This document shows, piece after piece, positions 58,269-64,000 of a DNA stretch of 64,000 nt (position 1 is the stretch's first letter; every line of letters starts with the position of its first letter). Source of the DNA: an uncultured Mariniplasma sp. Its GTDB lineage: Bacteria; Bacillota_I; Bacilli_A; Acholeplasmatales; Acholeplasmataceae. The notes under the pieces are model-generated. The model was not told the DNA's origin, ran no database searches, and saw only the letters and a program-made list of their open reading frames with translations. Where the stretch lies: contig CAZVDQ010000003.1 in the NCBI GenBank assembly GCA_964625435.1, positions 19,589-83,588 on the forward strand. Direction: 5' to 3'. The position numbers and the translations under genes were made by a program.

Positions 58269-59085
58269 AATCCATCCTCTTTTCCTTTGCTTCTTTGAGG
58301 TATTTCATTAGTGTTTCTTTATCATCGAGTAGAATAAGTTCTTTTACATATTGAAGTTCCTTAGTAAAATCATTTATCTTACTAACTAAAGCTTCTTTAT
58401 TTTCTAAAAATAGTTCACTCCACATCATTTCATTGATTTTAGCAATTCTTGTTAACTCTCTAAATGAATCACCGGTAGCTTCTTTTGTTTCTTTGTATTG
58501 ATCACTTTGCATTAAAGCGACAGCTATCACGTGTGTTAATTGACTAGTAAAGGCAATGAGTTCATCGTGTGTTTGTGCATTTACTACTGTTATTTTACCA
58601 AATTTAAGGTTATTTGCGATAAGTCTCAATACTTTTTGATCCTTTTTATGACTTCTTTTACCTGGTACTATTATAAAATTAGCATTTCTAAACATTCTTT
58701 CATCTCTGGAATCAAAACCACTGGTTTCTTTTCCTGCCATTGGATGATGTGAGGTATAGGAGATGCCTTCAGGTAATAAATTTTCAAGTTGTTCCATCAT
58801 CCATACTTTAGTTCCACTGACATCTGTTACGAATTGTCCAGACTTAAATAACTTCAAATGATTTTTTACAAATTCAATATTGTTTTTTGGGTACAAAGAT
58901 AAAATCACAAGATCAGCTTTTGATAATTGTTCAATCGTATTATCTGATTCAATAAATCCAAGTCTAATCCCTTCACTAATGGGTCTTTCACTTCTATTGT
59001 AAGCATAAACTTTATGTCCGTTTTTATGGAGACCTTCGGCATAGGATGCTCCAATAATCCCTAGACCTACAATGAAGATTTTCAT
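58255..59085 (-). CDS. tyrA: Prephenate dehydrogenase
   Basis: VGLG.IG.S Rossmann motif, D..GTK, HPMAG.E..G, HD...A..SQL.H, TR.A..N..MW. Confidence 0.9.
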   Translation of the reverse strand: MKIFIVGLGIIGASYAEGLHKNGHKVYAYNRSERPISEGIRLGFIESDNTIEQLSKADLVILSLYPKNNIEFVKNHLKLFKSGQFVTDVSGTKVWMMEQLENLLPEGISYTSHHPMAGKETSGFDSRDERMFRNANFIIVPGKRSHKKDQKVLRLIANNLKFGKITVVNAQTHDELIAFTSQLTHVIAVALMQSDQYKETKEATGDSFRELTRIAKINEMMWSELFLENKEALVSKINDFTKELQYVKELILLDDKETLMKYLKEAKEKRMDFDVH

Positions 59086-60101
59086 TTTATTTTTTTCCCT
59101 AAAACATCAGAGACTTTGGTTAGTTCAGCCATCATCTGACTAAATTTGTTTAATTTTAGTGACTGTGCTCCATCACTTAATGCATGTTCAGGATCATGAT
59201 GAACCTCAACAATTAAACCGTGCGCACCAACAGCAAGACCTGCAAGTGATAGTTTTTCAATCATATCCCATCTTCCTGCAGCATGTGAAGGATCAATGAT
59301 CACTGGTAAGTGGGACAATTCCTTAACAGCAAGAACTGCACTAATATCTAATGTATTTCTTGTATATTTTTCATATGTGCGAATACCGCGTTCGCATAAA
59401 ATAACATTATCATTACCACCAGCCATAATATATTCGGCTGACATCAGCCACTCTTCTATGGTTGCTGATAAACCTCTTTTAAGCAAAATAGGTTTATTAC
59501 ATTTACCAAGGGCTTTAAGTAAATGGAAGTTTTGCATATTTCTAGCTCCGACTTGAATGATATCCACATATTCTTCAAATAATGGGATTAAATCAGCACT
59601 AGGTATTTCAGTAACAATCGCCAATCCAGTTTCATCGCCAATTTTCTTTAATAACTTTAAACCTTCTACTTCTAGTCCTTGAAAAGCATAAGGTGAAGTT
59701 CTTGGTTTATATGCTCCCCCTCTTAAAAGATGAGCACCAGATTTTTTGACACTTTTAGCAATGACTCTTAATTGTTCTTCGGATTCAACTGAACATGGAC
59801 CAGCCATAATAACAAACTGGTCTCCTCCGATTTCAATACCATTCTTTATTTTTACAATCGTATCTCTTTTTTTGAAACTTCGACTGGCTTTTTTAAATGG
59901 TGTTGAAACCCTCGTTACTTCTTTAACACCCTCGAATGCATATAAGTCACTTGGATCAATTGCTAACGTGTCACCAATAATACCAAACACACGCACATTA
60001 TCAGTGGATGCATCCTTGATTTCTAGATTCTTTGCTTTTAAGTAGTCAACAATCTTATCATACTCCTTTTTAGTGGAGTTCTTTTTCATTTGTATTATCA
60101 T
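59082..60101 (-). CDS. aroF: DAHP synthase, class I-beta with N-terminal ferredoxin-like regulatory domain
   Basis: AGPCSVES, RGGAYKPRTSPY.FQG, QVGARNMQNF, LKRG, ERGIR, D.SHA.G, EVH..P..ALSDG; AGGAG RBS. Confidence 0.95.
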   Translation of the reverse strand: MIIQMKKNSTKKEYDKIVDYLKAKNLEIKDASTDNVRVFGIIGDTLAIDPSDLYAFEGVKEVTRVSTPFKKASRSFKKRDTIVKIKNGIEIGGDQFVIMAGPCSVESEEQLRVIAKSVKKSGAHLLRGGAYKPRTSPYAFQGLEVEGLKLLKKIGDETGLAIVTEIPSADLIPLFEEYVDIIQVGARNMQNFHLLKALGKCNKPILLKRGLSATIEEWLMSAEYIMAGGNDNVILCERGIRTYEKYTRNTLDISAVLAVKELSHLPVIIDPSHAAGRWDMIEKLSLAGLAVGAHGLIVEVHHDPEHALSDGAQSLKLNKFSQMMAELTKVSDVLGKKIK

Positions 60102-60125
60102 ATCTCATATCTCCTATGTTTTAAT

Positions 60126-60155
60126 AAAAAAATCCCTGAGAGGAACCCCAAGGAT
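60126..60155 (-). terminator. Attenuator terminator in the aroF leader
   Basis: AUCCUUGGG-GUUCCU-CUCAGGGAU (9 bp, 2 G-U) followed by U7, about 25 nt before the aroF start. Confidence 0.8.
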
Positions 60156-60221
60156 GATGATTAATCATTTTTTGGCCGTTCCTTTATTCGCTCAAAAAGG
60201 AATGCCTTGCAATCCTTTTTT

Positions 60222-60266
60222 CTAATAATATGCGTAATAATAGACAGCTTTCATTATTTTTAACAT
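60222..60266 (-). CDS. Tyr-rich leader peptide MLKIMKAVYYYAYY* (predicted attenuator peptide)
   Basis: GAAAGGGA RBS 5 nt before ATG; 5 Tyr codons in the last 6 sense codons; lies between the promoter and the leader terminator of an operon containing tyrA. Confidence 0.85.
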   Translation of the reverse strand: MLKIMKAVYYYAYY

Positions 60267-60291
60267 AGAAATCCCTTTCTTTGTTTGTTTT

Positions 60292-60320
60292 ATCGTATCA
60301 CATTCATTGTCAAAAGACAA
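60292..60320 (-). promoter_or_regulatory. Promoter of the aro operon leader
   Basis: TTGTCT (60320-60315), 17-nt spacer, TG-A-TACGAT extended -10 (60297-60292). Confidence 0.6.
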
Positions 60321-60368
60321 TATTAGACTATAAAATTAAATTTTTTCGTTTTTTTTTATTTTTGGTAT

Positions 60369-60414
60369 TGTGTTTTGCACAGTAACGTTATATAATGGTA
60401 GTGTGCAAAACACA
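60369..60414. promoter_or_regulatory. 13-bp inverted repeat flanking the padR -10 (candidate PadR operators)
   Basis: TGTGTTTTGCACA (60369-60381), 20 nt containing TATAAT, TGTGCAAAACACA (60402-60414). Confidence 0.65.
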
Positions 60415-60429
60415 GTAAGGAGGTATATC

Positions 60430-60753
60430 GTGAACACTCAATTTAAAAAAGGTATATTGGAAATGTGTGTGTTATCTATCATTAACAACCGAGATATGTA
60501 TGGGTATGAAGTTATCGAGAAACTCGCAAGTGATATTGACGTGAATGAAAACACAGTCTATCCAATTTTAAGAAGACTGACCGGTCAAGGATTGTTTGAG
60601 ACCTATATTGAACAAACCAATATTGGAGCTCCACGAAAATACTATCAAATTACCAAAGTCGGAAAAGAAAGATTAGATGAGTATGAAACTGAGTGGAAAA
60701 CATTTTTAAAAGGAGTATTTAGATTATTAGGAGGGAATAACAATGAAAGCTGA
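60430..60753 (+). CDS. PadR family transcriptional regulator
   Basis: QFKKGILEMCVL, YGYE, ENTVYP.LRRL, PRKYY.IT..G. AGGAGG RBS gives GTG 60430. Confidence 0.92.
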   Translation: MNTQFKKGILEMCVLSIINNRDMYGYEVIEKLASDIDVNENTVYPILRRLTGQGLFETYIEQTNIGAPRKYYQITKVGKERLDEYETEWKTFLKGVFRLLGGNNNES

Positions 60754-61837
60754 TTATATTAAAATATTGAAGAATCAATTAGAAGAATTTGACGCGAGCC
60801 GTGCAGACCTAGACGAAATTATCAATGATTATGAACAACTCTACGATGATGCACTCGCAACTGGCAAAACAGATGATGAAGTATATAATTTTTTAGGTGA
60901 TCCAAATAGGGTTGCATATGATTTGATTGATACACTCAAAATCAAACATCATAAAGATAATAGAAATAAAATAGTTGCTTTAATGCCCTTTATTTCCGTT
61001 ATTATCTATATGATTTTAGGGTTTGGCTATGGTTGGTGGAGTACAGGATGGTTAGTTTTCCTATTAATTCCTATTTCTGGAATAGCATTCAATACAAATT
61101 TTAAAAATGGATTTATTGCGTTAACTCCATTTATCAGTGTCCTTGCTTATTTGATTTTGGGTTTTGTCTATGATTTGTGGAACCCAGGTTGGTTGGTCTT
61201 CTTCTTGATTCCAATGACGGCCATTATCTTAAACACTAGATTTAAAGACATGTTTATAGCACTATCACCATTTGTTGCTGTCATAACATTTATGCTTCTA
61301 GGAACCTATTATGACTTATGGAATCCCGCATGGTTAATCTTTTTGATTATTCCTATGCTTGGCATTTTGCAAAAAAGAAACAAGGTTCAAATGCTCATTT
61401 TTGAGTTAACATTTATTGCAGCTATTGCATTTTATCTCTACATGGGATACATTCAAAACAATTGGGCTATAGGAGGTTTAGGATTTATTCTTCCAGTAGC
61501 AACCGCCATTCTATTTGGTGATGTAACTTTTGCTTGGAATATGCCAAAAGGTGGAGAACGTAAAAAAGTAATTTTATTACTATTAACTATTTTGTTCTCT
61601 ATTATAGTATTCTTAGTTCTAGGCTTAGTACTTAATGGATGGGTATATGCTTGGCAGATATTCCTGTTAATTCCTGTTGTATCAATTATTAGTTTTGATA
61701 AGTTTAGATTTACATCAATCTCACCATTTGTTGCAGTTATTCTCTTCTTTTCAATTGGATATTTCTTTCACGTATTCCAGTTATCTTGGTTAGCATTCTT
61801 AATCATTCCAATGGCTGGGATTATAGAAAATGCATAA
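60743..61837 (+). CDS. HAAS (DUF1700-like) domain membrane protein with six about 47-aa TM-hairpin repeats
   Basis: N-terminal Y...L...L......DEII.DY.......G....EV...LGDP; repeated PF......LG....W...WL.F..IP. Confidence 0.8.
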   Translation: MKADYIKILKNQLEEFDASRADLDEIINDYEQLYDDALATGKTDDEVYNFLGDPNRVAYDLIDTLKIKHHKDNRNKIVALMPFISVIIYMILGFGYGWWSTGWLVFLLIPISGIAFNTNFKNGFIALTPFISVLAYLILGFVYDLWNPGWLVFFLIPMTAIILNTRFKDMFIALSPFVAVITFMLLGTYYDLWNPAWLIFLIIPMLGILQKRNKVQMLIFELTFIAAIAFYLYMGYIQNNWAIGGLGFILPVATAILFGDVTFAWNMPKGGERKKVILLLLTILFSIIVFLVLGLVLNGWVYAWQIFLLIPVVSIISFDKFRFTSISPFVAVILFFSIGYFFHVFQLSWLAFLIIPMAGIIENA

Positions 61838-61855
61838 ATCTATCAACATAAAAAT

Positions 61856-61906
61856 AAAAAGATTCCTTTAGCATTCACCTTTGGATGCTAAGAGAATTTT
61901 TTTTTT
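61856..61906. terminator. Bidirectional terminator
   Basis: TTAGCATTC/GGATGCTAA stem with A and T tracts between convergent genes. Confidence 0.6.
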
Positions 61907-63323
61907 ATTTCTCGCAAGAGTTTAATGTCTTTAGAAGTGATTTCATTGCTTGTTTTATTTCACCAATTTCTAATCCTGAATAACCCAATACAAGTGTGGG
62001 TTTATCCTTAATTTCTGAGTTTTTTAGATTGTAGGATTTCAAGCCCGTAACATAAATATTGTTTTTCATTATATGATTCACAATCATTTCTTCAGCTATA
62101 ACAGAGTCAATTTCCATTAGAAAGTGAAGCCCTGTATCATATCCTTTAATTTTTATATTTGGATACAATTCGATCGTTTTAATAATTATTTCAATCTTTT
62201 CTCTATAGGCTTTTTGCATGCGGTTTATATGTCTTTCAAAGAAACCTTCATGCATAAATTTATACATAACAAATTGTTCAAAATTTGGAACTGTACATCC
62301 GTGATATGTCATCATTTTCTGGTATTGAGATAGTAATTTTTTTGGTAAGACCATATAATTCATACGAAATGATGGGGCTAAAGTTTTAGTAAATGTATTC
62401 ATGTAAATGACTTTATCGCTATGATCAAACCCTTGAAGCGCTGGGATAGGTTTTCCCTGGAATCTAAATTCACTGTCATAGTCATCTTCAATGATATATC
62501 GCCCAATAGAGCGGTTTGCCCAATTAAGTAGTTCGTAACGTCTTTGAATAGGCATTACAATTCCCATCGGAAATTGATGAGAGGGTGTGATATGAACAAC
62601 TTGCGCATTTGTATGCTTAAGTTCATCAATAATGATTCCTAAATCATCAAGTGAGACTAGAGATAACTTAACATTGTTTCCTTGATAGATTTGATAATTT
62701 TTCTTATAGCCAGGATTTTCAATTGCATAGTGTTTATCTCTACCTAATAATTCAATCAATATATTTATTAATGATGAACTTCCTGAACCAATAACGATTT
62801 GATCCTCATCTGCTTTTATACCCCGATACAATTCTAAATATCTTGAAATTTCTCTTCTAAGCAAATTTAGTCCTTGAGGATGAATCATATTTAACATTTC
62901 ATGATGATTTTCAGAAAGCACTGTACGAGAGAGTTTTGCCCATGTCATATTAGGAAATAATGATGTGTCAACTACATTCGTTTTAAATGCATATTGATAT
63001 GTCGGTTCTTCCTTAATACTTCTTCTTTGTTCTTGAAGAATTTCTCTTTTATTCGTTTCGATAAGTTCTACTTTCTTATCAACAAAATATCCTTTTTTTT
63101 CAATTGAATAAACATATCCTTCAGCAATTAATTGTTGATAAGCTGCCTCAACTGTTAAAGGACTTAGTTTAAGATCTTGTGCTAATTTCCTTTTTGAAGG
63201 CAACTTTTGTCCCTCGATATACTTATCTTCGATGATTAATGTTTTGACGTGTTTATATAAAGAAACATAGAGTGGTTCTTTCTTTTTTTTACTTGAAATA
63301 TAATCAAACATCATATCACCCAT
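61905..63323 (-). CDS. pdxR: MocR/GabR family regulator (GntR wHTH + PLP-binding domain), PdxR
   Basis: KLPSKR.LA..L..S..TV..AY.QL.AEGY, TPSHQFP.G, IEDDYDSEFR; divergent from pdxS. Confidence 0.88.
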   Translation of the reverse strand: MGDMMFDYISSKKKKEPLYVSLYKHVKTLIIEDKYIEGQKLPSKRKLAQDLKLSPLTVEAAYQQLIAEGYVYSIEKKGYFVDKKVELIETNKREILQEQRRSIKEEPTYQYAFKTNVVDTSLFPNMTWAKLSRTVLSENHHEMLNMIHPQGLNLLRREISRYLELYRGIKADEDQIVIGSGSSSLINILIELLGRDKHYAIENPGYKKNYQIYQGNNVKLSLVSLDDLGIIIDELKHTNAQVVHITPSHQFPMGIVMPIQRRYELLNWANRSIGRYIIEDDYDSEFRFQGKPIPALQGFDHSDKVIYMNTFTKTLAPSFRMNYMVLPKKLLSQYQKMMTYHGCTVPNFEQFVMYKFMHEGFFERHINRMQKAYREKIEIIIKTIELYPNIKIKGYDTGLHFLMEIDSVIAEEMIVNHIMKNNIYVTGLKSYNLKNSEIKDKPTLVLGYSGLEIGEIKQAMKSLLKTLNSCEK

Positions 63324-63368
63324 CTGGTATGCTTATATTTATTCAAACTGAATATTTTAACATACCAG
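63324..63368. promoter_or_regulatory. Candidate PdxR operator (two direct repeats plus one inverted repeat)
   Basis: CTGGTATG (63324), CTGAATAT (63348) and inverted CATACCAG (63361), upstream of TATAAT (63378-63383). Confidence 0.6.
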
Positions 63369-63418
63369 TTATTATTATATAATAGATATGGAAAATTAAC
63401 AAGTGGAGGTATTATGTG

Positions 63419-64000
63419 ATGCAAAATAAACGTTATCAATTAAACAAAGAATTAGCTCAAATGCTCAAGGGTGGAGTCATCATGGATGTATCTAACGTAG
63501 AGCAAGCAAAAATTGCAGAAAAAGCAGGTGCGGTTGCTGTTATGGCACTTGAAAGAATTCCAGCTGATATTAGAACTGCAGGCGGAGTCTCAAGAATGAG
63601 TGATCCAAAAATGATTAAAGAAATACAAAAAGCAGTTTCTATTCCAGTGATGGCAAAAGTTAGAATTGGTCATTTCACAGAAGCTCAAATCTTAGAAGCA
63701 ATAGAAATCGATTATATTGATGAAAGTGAAGTATTATCTCCTGCAGATGACATCTATCATATTGATAAAACTAGATTCAATGTTCCTTTTGTTTGTGGAG
63801 CAAAAGATTTAGGCGAAGCGTTAAGACGAATCAGTGAAGGTGCAGCAATGATTAGAACAAAAGGTGAACCTGGTACTGGTGATATTATTCAAGCAGTTAG
63901 GCATATGCGTTCAATTCAAAAAGAAATACATACTATTCAAGCAATGCAGGAAGATGAACTCTTCATCCTTCAAAAACAATTGGGCGTCTCCCTAGATCTT
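63419..64000 (+). CDS. pdxS: Pyridoxal 5'-phosphate synthase lyase subunit, 5' part (runs off the window end)
   Basis: Not in the ORF track. Reads [24 protein letters not shown]...[22 protein letters not shown]...[13 protein letters not shown]...IDESEV...RTKGEPGTG; GGAGG RBS. Confidence 0.97.
   Translation, partial: MQNKRYQLNKELAQMLKGGVIMDVSNVEQAKIAEKAGAVAVMALERIPADIRTAGGVSRMSDPKMIKEIQKAVSIPVMAKVRIGHFTEAQILEAIEIDYIDESEVLSPADDIYHIDKTRFNVPFVCGAKDLGEALRRISEGAAMIRTKGEPGTGDIIQAVRHMRSIQKEIHTIQAMQEDELFILQKQLGVSLDL

Noticed and set aside
60102-60320. T-box riboswitch upstream of aroF
   Set aside because: No T-box UGGNACC antiterminator bulge or Stem I specifier features, and the leader is short; the Tyr-rich uORF explains the structures.
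63414-63419. ATG-TGA minimal ORF just before the pdxS start
   Set aside because: A by-product of ATGTGATG overlapping alternative GTG/ATG starts; no independent evidence of a regulatory role.
1-64000. tRNA, rRNA, IS elements, integrase or prophage genes, restriction or anti-phage systems
   Set aside because: No recognisable motifs were found by eye; intergenic gaps are short and accounted for by promoters and terminators. A tRNAscan/cmscan run would be needed to exclude small RNAs formally.

Overview
AT-rich (roughly 30% GC by eye) bacterial chromosome segment read with the standard code (TGA is a stop, Trp is TGG). Gene content points to an Acholeplasmataceae-like mollicute (inference). Most genes lie on the minus strand. 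Housekeeping and metabolic content: uvrB, ppdK-pfkA divergent from a PPi-type PFK, dnaE, recG-plsX-rnc-dnaD-nth, a shikimate/tyrosine operon (aroF-tyrA-aroB-aroA-CM-aroE-aroC), pdxR/pdxS, pepT, ZIP, CDF and Na/Pi transporters, and three heterodimeric ABC exporters. I saw no tRNA, rRNA, CRISPR array, IS element or prophage. The best hidden signal is absent from the ORF track: a 14-codon leader peptide (MLKIMKAVYYYAYY*, 60222..60266, minus) upstream of the aro/tyrA operon, followed by mutually exclusive hairpins and an intrinsic terminator, i.e. a predicted tyrosine-sensing ribosome-mediated attenuator. Other notable items: a 3367-aa acidic tandem-repeat surface protein with a CvpA-like membrane anchor and recent internal duplications, a tldD'-'pmbA deletion chimera, a terminator-containing leader before the Na/Pi cotransporter, a DUF5058 two-membrane-protein plus M20 hydrolase operon, SHOCT/DUF2089 and PadR-HAAS modules, an RRNPP-like regulator, and several candidate operators. 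All family calls come from motif recognition by eye; no database searches or folding programs were run.
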